Positions 8,747 through 18,019 of a stretch of 32,000 nucleotides of DNA are shown one piece after another. Source of the stretch: Candidatus Baldrarchaeum yapensis (GTDB lineage Archaea > Asgardarchaeota > Baldrarchaeia > Baldrarchaeales > Baldrarchaeaceae). The DNA is taken from positions 1-32,000 of the forward strand of contig JAEOSH010000004.1 of the NCBI GenBank assembly GCA_016840465.1. The letters are read 5' to 3'. Numbering within the stretch: position 1 is the first letter of the stretch; every line of letters begins with the position of its first letter. Under the pieces are notes generated by a model, which saw nothing but the letters and a program-made list of their open reading frames with translations, was not told where the DNA came from and ran no database searches. The position numbers and the translations under genes were made by a program.

Positions 8747-8807
8747 AGAATTATTGATAAAAGTTTTTAGAAATTCGATATGCGATGTGATTGTCGTATT
8801 CCTTTGT

Positions 8808-10103
8808 TTATTTCTTCACGGCACTATCTCTGAACACCTGTACCACGTCGAGTATCTTTATGTCAAAGTTTCCTGCCTCTGCAGCATCTCTAAGATTCCT
8901 CTCGCAGAAGGGACATGCGGTCAACAGCACAGATGCCCCGGTCTCTTTCGCCTCTTTCAATCTCTCAGTAGCGGCGAATAGCGCCAGATCCTTAAATGCC
9001 GACTTGACTCCCGCGCCCGCTCCGCAACACCATGCATTTCTCCTATTTCTGACCATTTCGGATAATTCAAGCCCAGGTATCTTCTTAATTACCTCTCTCG
9101 GGGGCTCATACAGTCCCATGTGCCTCCCTATATGGCACGGGTCGTGGTACGTGACCTTCCACCCTATTTCTCTTTCCGGTTGCAAACCCCCGTCCTTCAT
9201 TAACCTAAGTAGGAACTCCGGTGCATGTAGGATCTCAGCATCGATTTCCAACCCGAGCCTCTCCGGATACACCTGCTTCAACATCCGGTAGCATCCCGCG
9301 CATGAGGTGACGATCACACTCGCTCCCGTCTTCTTGAACTCCTCAACATTGTGTCGCGCGCACTCTTCTGCAATATCCACCTGTCCTGTCCAGAACAGCG
9401 GTGATCCGCAACACCATTCATCCTTCAAAAGGGTGAACTTCAGCCCAGATGCCGAGAGTATCTCAAGCATCGCCTTTGCGACTTCCATTTCCCTGTAAGA
9501 GCATGTGCATCCCACGAAGTAAACTACGTCTGCCTTTTCGGGAAGTTCCTTTACTTTTGTTGCGTTCATCCAGTTGCGCCTGTTTGCATGTAGCTCCATG
9601 TAGGGGTTATGTTCCTTTCTGACCCAGTCCCCGAATCTCTTGTGCTCCGGCATTGGACCGATGCCGCGCTTTACAAATTCAACACGAGCGGCAAATAGCC
9701 ACTCCAATGCGTAGTTATGAATTTCAGGAAGCTGACATTGTTGCGTACAGTTTCCACAGAGGGTGCAGTGGTAGAATATCCTTGCTATTCTTTCGGACCA
9801 CTCGAGTTTGCCCGATAGCAGTCCCCATAGCAGGAGGTTCTTTCCACCTAGGTAGAATGCCTCGAACTTCCTCAGTTCTCCACTTGGGCAAACTCTGCTC
9901 CAGTACGCATCTTGGTAAACGTACCTGCATTGTCCGCATTTTCCGCAGAAGTACACCACCCTCTTATAGTACTCAAGTTCTCGGTTTCTCTCCAGTTCGA
10001 GCTGTTCCGGTGCCTTTCTAAAGGTTATTCCGGTGCCCGGGATGTAATTCTCTAGGGACTTCTTGAAGAGGGAGAGCAGGAGTTCACGGGTTTTAGAGGA
10101 CAA
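8808..10103 (-). CDS. (Fe-S)-binding oxidoreductase subunit, HdrD/GlpC/GlcF-like (4Fe-4S dicluster + two CCG domains)
   Basis: CGKCGQC..CP, CTLCGNCTQQC, YFVGC, WCCG, TSCAGC, TYHDPCHIGR, WCCGAGAG, TACPFC. Confidence 0.93.
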   Translation of the reverse strand: MSSKTRELLLSLFKKSLENYIPGTGITFRKAPEQLELERNRELEYYKRVVYFCGKCGQCRYVYQDAYWSRVCPSGELRKFEAFYLGGKNLLLWGLLSGKLEWSERIARIFYHCTLCGNCTQQCQLPEIHNYALEWLFAARVEFVKRGIGPMPEHKRFGDWVRKEHNPYMELHANRRNWMNATKVKELPEKADVVYFVGCTCSYREMEVAKAMLEILSASGLKFTLLKDEWCCGSPLFWTGQVDIAEECARHNVEEFKKTGASVIVTSCAGCYRMLKQVYPERLGLEIDAEILHAPEFLLRLMKDGGLQPEREIGWKVTYHDPCHIGRHMGLYEPPREVIKKIPGLELSEMVRNRRNAWCCGAGAGVKSAFKDLALFAATERLKEAKETGASVLLTACPFCERNLRDAAEAGNFDIKILDVVQVFRDSAVKK

Positions 10104-10115
10104 GAGCCTCCCCTC

Positions 10116-11585
10116 TCACAGTCCATGTCCCGGATTCATAATCCCGTTGGGGTCGAGGAGCTTCTTTATCTTCTTAATCAATTCGAGGGCGTTCTGGTCC
10201 GCTTCCCTGAAGTTTCTTTCCTTTGCCCATTTCGGCGCCTTATATCGGATCACGCTCGGCAGTTCTCTGACTTTCTCGTCTATCTCCATCAGGCACTTGC
10301 GGGCGCGTTCGAAATCCTCCGGGTCGTCCTTATTGAAGTTTATGTTGACCCTTCCGATCCAGTAGTGCCCGCCTCCCATCACCCTACCGTACATTTGTGC
10401 CCGCTTTCCATATTTCTTCGCGACTGATAATGCGATCTTATAGTACTTCACGACGTCACGGGATGAGAGGTAGCTTCCGATCCACTCGCCACCTCCGCCA
10501 TATGAGAAGTTCCAGCAGTTGTAGAAGTGGATGGGTGGGTTCATGAGAGTGTATCCTTGGATTCTCGCCTCCTCAGGGAAGAAATTCAGTGCCATATTGG
10601 CATCCGCAACTATTCCTCCTCCCTCAGATACTATTTTCTCTAGCGCCTCTCTTTTCGCTTCCATCTCCTTCTCAGTGTACGCCATTATCGCGACAAGGCC
10701 GTAGAAGTCTTGGTATCCAGCCTCCTCTGGGTCAAGCGGCAGTTCTTCACTCTCGTGGTAACCCAGCAGTGACATCATCCACGTGTAGTTGACAAAGCAC
10801 ATATCTACAATTCCTATTCTCGCGCGTGCCAGTTTTTTGAATATGTTAACACCCTGCTCAAATGTATTTGTCATGACTATGAAGTACTCCGTTGGAAGGT
10901 TGGGCCATAGCTTTATTCCTGCTTTTGTCACTATTCCAGTTGTTCCGTCCCAGCCGATAAACAGGCCTGCAAGGTCAGGGAGTGGAGCCCGGCCATACCA
11001 GTAGTTAGTGCACATGCAAGATCCTACTCTCACGACCTCACCTGTTGGGAGTACGACCTCCAGTCCATTTATGAAATCCGCTCCGGTTCCCGCGATGAAG
11101 CCGAGGTCAGTAAAGCCGTAGCATATGTAGCAGGGTATCACACCGGTCCCGGCGGGGGACCACGTTATCCCGGCTCTCAGATTCGGGTGATGCTTTTCTA
11201 GATATCCCTTCAGATCTCCCCAGGTGACCCCCGCCTCTATTATTGCGTACATGTCGTCCTCATTTACCTCCAGAATTCTGTTCATTCTCCTCAAATCTAC
11301 AACTATGCCTCCCTCTTTTGGTATTGCGGTCCCGCCGATGTTTATACCGGATACCCATGGGACAACTGGAATTTTTTCCCTATTCGCGAGCTTCATTAAC
11401 GCCTGTATCTCTTCTGTGCTACCCGGCATTACCACAAAATCGCAATGTCCTGGCTCCTCCGCGGTTACGAAGTCCCAGTGGTACAGATAGGTGATCTCCG
11501 GGTCGTCGGAGACAAAGTCGGGACCAACAATCTTCTCCAGTTCCTTCCTTATCTTTTCCTTCCTCTCACCCTCCAGTTTCTGCAT
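10116..11585 (-). CDS. FAD-binding oxidoreductase, VAO/PCMH superfamily (GlcD/D-lactate dehydrogenase-like)
   Basis: VVMPGSTEEIQ, PWVSGINIGG, DLRRMNRILEV, GLEVVLPTGEV, GTTGIVTK, C-terminal LDPNGIMNPG. Confidence 0.9.
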   Translation of the reverse strand: MQKLEGERKEKIRKELEKIVGPDFVSDDPEITYLYHWDFVTAEEPGHCDFVVMPGSTEEIQALMKLANREKIPVVPWVSGINIGGTAIPKEGGIVVDLRRMNRILEVNEDDMYAIIEAGVTWGDLKGYLEKHHPNLRAGITWSPAGTGVIPCYICYGFTDLGFIAGTGADFINGLEVVLPTGEVVRVGSCMCTNYWYGRAPLPDLAGLFIGWDGTTGIVTKAGIKLWPNLPTEYFIVMTNTFEQGVNIFKKLARARIGIVDMCFVNYTWMMSLLGYHESEELPLDPEEAGYQDFYGLVAIMAYTEKEMEAKREALEKIVSEGGGIVADANMALNFFPEEARIQGYTLMNPPIHFYNCWNFSYGGGGEWIGSYLSSRDVVKYYKIALSVAKKYGKRAQMYGRVMGGGHYWIGRVNINFNKDDPEDFERARKCLMEIDEKVRELPSVIRYKAPKWAKERNFREADQNALELIKKIKKLLDPNGIMNPGHGL

Positions 11586-11716
11586 ACATTACACCTCATA
11601 CGGAAGGAGACGGTTCGACAACCATAGAATACCTATAAATATTTTTTTTCGGATTATAAGGATAGTACGCAGTATGCGGATATATACGTTATGGGGAGTT
11701 TCTCGCATGAGGGGGT

Positions 11717-12846
11717 TTGACGGTGGTGCTTGTGGGCGCACTTCAACAACTTATCAGTATTGGTGAGAAATTGACGAACCCGTATCTGGAAGAGTGGAAG
11801 AGGAAGGGAAAGAAAATTATCGGGTTCATATGCTCGTACGCCCCCGAGGAACTCCTCTATGCTGCGGATGTCCTACCATACAGGATAAAGGCTTTGGAAT
11901 CTGTCGAAACAACCATGGGTGACGTATACCTGTACAAGTACCACTGCACCTTCTGCCGCCACCTCCTGGATCTCGTCATCAGGGGGAGGTATGACTTTCT
12001 GGACGGAGTCGTTTTCATGAACCCCTGCGATACGATACGCAGGGTCTACGAGATCTGGAAGAAGATGAAGGTCCTGCCCTTCATGGGCTTTGTCATGGTG
12101 CCCCACGTGATAAATGAGCACGGTTCAAGTTCTACCTTGAGGAGTTGAATTACCTGAAAATGGAGCTGGAGGAGCATCCTCGATGAGGATCTGGAGAGGG
12201 CAATTTAGGTATACAACGAGATAAGAGATCTGCTCGAGAGGTTATACGAGTTAAGATCGGAGGAGAAACCAAAGATATCGGGGACGGAGGCTCATAAGGT
12301 AGTCATAGCCGCGTCCTCTATGCCTAAGGACGTGTATGTTAAGATATGTTAAGATGTTAAAGGAGGCGCTGAAGGAAATCGAGCAGAGGGAGGGGATCTC
12401 TGAGTACCGGGCGCGCGTCATGGTTGCGGGAAGCATAGGTGACCGCTCCGACCTCATAGAGATAATAGAGGATCTGGGCAGGGTTGTGGTCACCGACGCC
12501 CTTTGTACTGGAACTAGGTGGTTTATGAACAAAGTTAAGGAAAATGGAGATCCCTTTGAGAACATAGCCCGCAGGTACTATCAGCACAATCCGTATCCTA
12601 GAATGATAGGAGAGTACGAAAGAAAGCGCAAAATGATACTCGAGTTGGCGAAAAAGTACGATGTGGATGGTGTCATCTTCCAAAGGATTGCGTTCTGTGA
12701 TTATCATGCCGTTGATTCTGTACTACTAGCAAAGGAATTGGAAGATGAAGGAATTCCGGCAATCGTCTTGGAGAGAGTATTTGCTGACCGATGTCGGGAG
12801 GTTCAGAACGAGAGTTCAGGCGTTCCTGGAAATGATAGAAAGGTGG
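11717..12846 (+). pseudogene. 2-hydroxyacyl-CoA dehydratase / benzoyl-CoA reductase D-component family subunit 1 (HgdB/BcrC-like), disrupted
   Basis: KIIGFICSYAPEELLYAA, NPCDTIRR..; frameshifts near 12123, 12178, 12336-12355 (10-bp duplication) and 12778; TAG at 12206-12208; later frames give DALCTG, DGVIF..FCD, GRFRTRVQAFLEMI. End coordinate approximate. Confidence 0.85.
12336..12355 (+). repeat. 10-bp tandem duplication that frameshifts the dehydratase gene
   Basis: ATGTTAAGAT ATGTTAAGAT; removing one copy restores KDVYVKMLKEAL. Confidence 0.85.
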
Positions 12847-12878
12847 GGGCGTTCTTTATGTGTGCATCCAGATAGCCC

Positions 12879-14317
12879 ATGCCTGAGGATTATAAGGGTT
12901 TTGAGATGCTAGCTCGTGTTAGAAGCGTTGCCAACGTTGCGGGGATGATTCTCGACAGTTATAAGAGTGGAGAGGAGTTCCTCGAGGACATGAAAAACTT
13001 TGTTACATATTTTCCGGAGTATGAGAGGAAAGTTGTGGAGAACATATGGAAGGACTTCCTGCTGGCGGCGTTTGAGCCTCATCACAGAGAGTGTGTTAAG
13101 GCGGGTTCTCGTGCTCTTGCTAAGATTTATGATCATCTTATAGAGATTATAGAGAGAATCCAAGAAGGATATCCAGTCGTTTATAACTACTTCGGAATGG
13201 ACGCAACGTGACTCTGGACACTCGATGTCACACCAATATGTGGGGAAATGCCTAGCGGAATATGTGCCGCGATCTTTGAGCCTGGGTTTGAGGATGCCAT
13301 AGACAGGTGTGAGGCTTTAGGTATAGCGCATTTCCTTTGTTTGGCACAAAAGTACCTCATTGGAGCAATAGACCTCAAGCAACTTCCAAAACCAAGTCTG
13401 CTAATAAAAACCACGGTACCCTGCAGTTCCAGCAACATGCAATACGAATACTTGGCGGCGAGGTATAAGGCCCTTAGTGCTCGTTGATTGCCCCTATTAC
13501 ATAAACTACAGAGGGTTCAGGTATTTGGTGGAGGAGTTCAAGCATGCAATCACGGAGTTCGAAAGAATAGTGGGCTAGGAGATCGATGAGAGGAATTTGA
13601 AGAGGGTGTATGAGGAGAGCAACAAGATCTATAGGTACCTCCAAGAATTGTACGAGCTGAGGAGGAATGTTCCCAATCCCGATCTAGGATTTCTGAGAGT
13701 TTTTGATGTTGCACTTTTCTTTCTAGAACCTGTATTTCCTGAGGTAACCGAGTATTTCAAACTGAGAGTGGAGGAGGTAAAGAGAAGGGTACAAAAGGGA
13801 GAGTTTATAATTCCTCCTGAGAAGACAGAGATAAGGTACCTGATAGGGTACATACTTGACGTTTACTATCTGCCCCCTGTTTTGGTGGCTCGAGAAGACA
13901 TACGGTGCGACGTATCTCACGTGCTTTATATCGTACGTCTGGGATGGGATCGTGGATACCAGTGATCGCGAGTCCATAATTGAGGGGATCGCGCGGAGAA
14001 CCATGAATCTTCCAATGGTTAGACAGTCCATAAGCTTCTCTGATGTGTGGATAAATGATGTATTGAGGATATGTGAGGAATTGAAGGCGGATTGCGTAAT
14101 TTAGACAGGACATTTCGCATGTAAGCACGGATAGGCACTTGCAAAACTGGTGGAAGACGCACTTATGGAGAAACTGGGAATTCCGTTCTTCAGACTTGAT
14201 ATGGACCTAATGGATAAGAGGATGACGTCTCCTGAGTAACTAAAGTCCCAATTGGGAACATTCCTCGAAAGCGTTCTGCTCAAAAAGAGAAGACAAAAGA
14301 ATAAAACAATCATATGA
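12879..14317 (+). pseudogene. 2-hydroxyacyl-CoA dehydratase family subunit 2 (HgdA/BcrB-like), disrupted
   Basis: Pieces: ..PVVYNYF, HFLCLAQK..G, TVPCSSSN, VDCPY, LFWWLE..GA, DCVI*TGHFACKHG*A, LGIPFFRLDMDLMDKR; in-frame stops at 13209, 13576, 14102, 14132, 14237 and frameshifts near 13475 and 13875. Confidence 0.85.
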
Positions 14318-14424
14318 CATTTAAGGCAATTTTATAGTAATCTTTAAACATTTTTCCGACTCATCATTGCGAATAAAGTCCAAGTATGCTGTCTTCACAT
14401 CGTGAACACATGGAAAGAATTTTT

Positions 14425-14458
14425 ACTTTACCCCCCAAAGTAGTTTGGGGGGTAAAGT
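14425..14458. promoter_or_regulatory. Perfect 15-bp-arm inverted repeat at the ATPase start (candidate operator)
   Basis: ACTTTACCCCCCAAA-GTAG-TTTGGGGGGTAAAGT. Confidence 0.75.
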
Positions 14459-15533
14459 TTTGAGCATCTTTCTTCAGCGTCCCTGCGAATCGAGAGAGGA
14501 GTTGTTCGATAGGGACGACGAATTAGAGATGGCGGTAAAAGCGATCAGAAATGATATATGGTTATCAATATTAGGACTAAGAATGAGTGGAAAAACAAGT
14601 TTAGCTAAAGTTGCCGCAAATATGCTCAGTTCAGAAGGTTATGACAGCATCTATGTGAACCTGATGGGTGTAAGGGGCGTTAGAGACGCGGCGGAGAGGA
14701 TTTTGTCGTCAATTCCACGCGGTCTTTTGGAGAGAATTAGAGAACTAAAAGGATTCCTCGAAGCGTTAGGAGTCGCGGTTACGGGTATGAGGTTCGAAGT
14801 TAAACTAAAAACGAGTACAAGTTCTACAAAAGTGCTCGAGAAGCTATTTTTAGAATTGTCGAGGAGAAGAAAGCTTATTGTGATACTCGATGAAGTTCAG
14901 GAGATAAAGGGGGGAGTAAACCACTTTTTAGCGATGTTATCGAGGCTAAGGGCGAGCACAAAAGAGTTAATATTCATTTTCACGGGATCGGCTATAGGGA
15001 TGATGCGTACGTTGCTCTTGCCGTCGCCCAGAAATCCCCTTTACGGCAGAACACCGGTGAAAATCGAACTTAAACCGTGGAGCAGAAAATTAGCAATATC
15101 CTATTTAGAGCATGGCCTCTCCAAGTGCAATGTGAAATATTCGGACGAGGAGTTAGAAGAGGCAGTTTCAACGTTAGGAACTCTTCCAGGCTGGCTAAGC
15201 TTCTATGGACTGAGAAGATGTTTAGGAATGCCTCATGAAAAGGCGCTGAAGGAGGCCAGAGAGCAGGCAGTAGGTATTGCCCGAAAGGAACTGGAAAATC
15301 TGCTAAAAAATCGCGAAGAATGGGCAAAAAAAGTATTAAGAATGCTGACATATGGTTCTAAGTGGACCGAAATGCTTACGGAGGCTAATGTTTCGACAAG
15401 ATCGCTAAGCAACCTTCTCCAAACACTGAAAAGCCTATATCTCGTAACGGAGGAAAAAGGAGTATACACTATAACCGACCCGGTGTACCGGCAGGCAACA
15501 TTGACAATGAAAATTGAGAATCATGCATTATGA
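14445..15533 (+). CDS. Archaeal AAA+ ATPase (ATPase_2 / STAND-like) with C-terminal winged helix
   Basis: RP..SREELFDR..EL N-terminus, Walker A GLRMSGKTS, Walker B VILDEVQ, FIFTGSAIG, PLYGR, wHTH ending ITDPVY; true start may be TTG 14460. Confidence 0.9.
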   Translation: MGGKVLSIFLQRPCESREELFDRDDELEMAVKAIRNDIWLSILGLRMSGKTSLAKVAANMLSSEGYDSIYVNLMGVRGVRDAAERILSSIPRGLLERIRELKGFLEALGVAVTGMRFEVKLKTSTSSTKVLEKLFLELSRRRKLIVILDEVQEIKGGVNHFLAMLSRLRASTKELIFIFTGSAIGMMRTLLLPSPRNPLYGRTPVKIELKPWSRKLAISYLEHGLSKCNVKYSDEELEEAVSTLGTLPGWLSFYGLRRCLGMPHEKALKEAREQAVGIARKELENLLKNREEWAKKVLRMLTYGSKWTEMLTEANVSTRSLSNLLQTLKSLYLVTEEKGVYTITDPVYRQATLTMKIENHAL

Positions 15534-15542
15534 TGAAGAGCG

Positions 15543-17147
15543 GTGTCCCAAATGCCATCTAAGTACTCTGCAATTGTCATAATTTTGGACGGATGTAATG
15601 TGGAGTCACTCCGAAAGGCCAAGACACCGATAATCGATGAAATTATGGAGGAGGGTGCTTATACATTAAAATGCAAGTCCGTCTGTCCCTCTGCAACATA
15701 CACGGGTCATGCATCAATAATAGCGGGAACCCACCCTAATGCTCATGGGATAGTCGGCAACAGTTTTTACGATCGGGATGGAAGAAGAATTGTCGATTTT
15801 GACGTAGAAGACGTAAACAAATACCTTACGGCGAAGACGCTATTTGAGATTGTGAAGGGGAAATCGATCGCGATAGGTGAGCCCATCACGAGAGGTGTGC
15901 ACCTTGCAGTTCCCAAGAGCGAGGTTCAGTCTGGAGATCCCGCATCTTGGGATTCCTACGCTATGAAGAAATCGACGGAGTTAATAAGGGCGCATAGGCC
16001 TGTCCTTACGGTGATAAACCTTCCGGGAGTTGACAGGATATCGGAGTTGCATGGTCCCTTTAGCAACAAATTTTTGAGTTATCTGGAGGAAGTGGACACG
16101 CTCATAGGGGATCTTATTAGAGTTTTGGATGAAACATATGAGGACTACCTTCTTGTTCTATTGGCGGACCACGGAATGGTGCCAGTTCATAGGAATGTGA
16201 ACATCTACGAGATTCTGGAAGGGCTCGACGTCGTTGTTTGCGTATCACACAGGGCAGCCCACATCTACATATCGGGTGAGGAAGAAAGAGAGGAAACTCT
16301 TAACAGGCTCGAATCTGATAATAGGTTTGAAGTCGTAATGCAGTATTCAGAGCTATCGCGGTATAATTTGGATAATCCGCGCTCTGGTGATATCTTCGTT
16401 ACAGCAAAGGAAGGATACGAGTTGGGCCTCGAGCCACTTAGAGGAAGCCATGGTGGTATTTGCTCAGGAGAGTTTATTGTCCCATTAATTGTTAACAAGC
16501 GCGAATATGCGGACCTTCTCGACGGTTCTAGCATAACGATCATTAATAGGATTGTGACCCGGTATTTACGTGAGAAGAGGGCCATAGATTTTGTAAGGGA
16601 GATGTTAAAGTCCACGGACCCGGCTCACGGATGGGATCACACGAGCAGGGTTTTAAAGTTAGCAACCGAGTTGGCTTTGAAGCATGACGCTGATGTGGAG
16701 GTAGTGAGGCTTGCATGCATATTTCATGACTGCGGCAGAGGAAGAGATCCAAGGGGGCACGAGGAGAGAAGCGCAAATTCCGCAGAAAATTTCTTAAGAG
16801 GGGAAGGGCTTTCCGAGGAGATGATACGGAGGGTGAAGAACGTCATTCTGATGCATCATGCCTCCCCCGAGGAGTTAGATACCGTGGAGGAGAAAATTTT
16901 GTGGGATGCGGACAAATTGGACGCGTTGGGCTTAATAGGCTTGGCCCGTTGCCTTCTGGAGGAGGGGTATAGGGGACGAGGTATAGAGGATGCAATAGAG
17001 CACCTTCTCAGGGACGTATGTAAGTTCGGAAATAAGATGCATTTTAATGAGACCAAAAAGATTGCAGAAGAAAGGGTTAGGGAGGCCATGGATCTGATAA
17101 AGAAATTGAGGGGAGAGGAACGGGATAAAAATGCTGACGATATTTAA
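15543..17147 (+). CDS. Fusion of an alkaline-phosphatase-superfamily (NPP/phosphodiesterase) domain and a C-terminal HD hydrolase domain
   Basis: IILDG, PSATYTGHASIIAG..HGIVGN, LADHG, GSHGG; then AHGWDHTSRV, IFHDCG, HEERSA, LMHH, WDADKLDALG in one continuous frame. Confidence 0.9.
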   Translation: MSQMPSKYSAIVIILDGCNVESLRKAKTPIIDEIMEEGAYTLKCKSVCPSATYTGHASIIAGTHPNAHGIVGNSFYDRDGRRIVDFDVEDVNKYLTAKTLFEIVKGKSIAIGEPITRGVHLAVPKSEVQSGDPASWDSYAMKKSTELIRAHRPVLTVINLPGVDRISELHGPFSNKFLSYLEEVDTLIGDLIRVLDETYEDYLLVLLADHGMVPVHRNVNIYEILEGLDVVVCVSHRAAHIYISGEEEREETLNRLESDNRFEVVMQYSELSRYNLDNPRSGDIFVTAKEGYELGLEPLRGSHGGICSGEFIVPLIVNKREYADLLDGSSITIINRIVTRYLREKRAIDFVREMLKSTDPAHGWDHTSRVLKLATELALKHDADVEVVRLACIFHDCGRGRDPRGHEERSANSAENFLRGEGLSEEMIRRVKNVILMHHASPEELDTVEEKILWDADKLDALGLIGLARCLLEEGYRGRGIEDAIEHLLRDVCKFGNKMHFNETKKIAEERVREAMDLIKKLRGEERDKNADDI

Positions 17148-17156
17148 TCCGGAGAG

Positions 17157-17615
17157 TTACATTTTCTCTAGGGCTTCAAGCAACTTGTCAATATCTATGC
17201 CGAGTTCCTTAGAGAGTTTTTCCCTGCCCTCGCGGTACGCCTTCTGCATCACCGGAATCATCTGGGACAGTCTCATCATTTCCCTGATGGAGCCCTTCAC
17301 CTTAAGCTTCTTAGACATCACCGCTCTCATCACGGACATCTTGTTCATCATTATCCTATCCAAGTCCGCCGCCTTTGCTTCTATCTCTATATCGGCATGC
17401 TCGAGTGGCTCCCAGTGGACAATGACTTCTCCATCTTCCTTGAGTTCAGCATCAAAAATGAGGTTCAAATCGGGGGCTTTATATCTCACAACCTTACGTT
17501 CGCCTCTTAGGAGTTTCGTGCATGCCTGCTTGAATTCATCTTTATATAATGTGAGCATTTCTTCCATGAGCCTCCTCACAATATCCTTTACCCGATCGAT
17601 GGAAATTTCTGCCAT
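17157..17615 (-). CDS. SCP2 sterol/lipid-binding domain protein
   Basis: ADIEIEAKAADL..AVMSKKLKVKGSIREMMRL matches the SCP2 C-terminal motif. Confidence 0.8.
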   Translation of the reverse strand: MAEISIDRVKDIVRRLMEEMLTLYKDEFKQACTKLLRGERKVVRYKAPDLNLIFDAELKEDGEVIVHWEPLEHADIEIEAKAADLDRIMMNKMSVMRAVMSKKLKVKGSIREMMRLSQMIPVMQKAYREGREKLSKELGIDIDKLLEALEKM

Positions 17616-18019
17616 TTATAGCACCTTCTCATGGCGTAAAGTTTGAACTTCGAAGACACTTATTTTTCCTGATTCCGTCGTTTATTTATCTGTGTTTAGA
17701 GTTTTGTATTTCGTCGAAAAATTTGCCCGCGGTTCCTCTATTGCATCTTAAGGTTCCATTTGAGGAAATAATGCTATGATTTATGATTAAGATATCGAGT
17801 TAGGCTTTGTCTTCGACTCCTAAACTCTAAACTAGAGTGGCAAATTCTACAGGTACATATTCCATGCAAGTAATTTCTCATTTTTCGTAAAGGGAGCGTA
17901 TTAACAATGCTTAATAGCGAGGAGGATTATTCCAGCGAAACGATTATGTCTTCAAAGTTATGATTTTTTAAGAACCTTGAAGATCCGTTATGTGTGTATG
18001 ATAGGCAAAGGTGAAGAAT

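Noticed and set aside
14445-15533. Orc1/Cdc6 with an adjacent origin (G-string palindrome resembling an ORB element)
   Set aside because: The protein has ATPase_2-family hallmarks (RP..SREELFDR, FTGS..G, PLYGR, DPVY) rather than Cdc6 motifs, and there is a single palindrome rather than multiple ORB repeats around an AT-rich unwinding element
17693-17833. 10-bp inverted repeat TTTAGAGTTT / AAACTCTAAA about 120 bp apart (possible MITE ends)
   Set aside because: Short, AT-rich and without a target-site duplication
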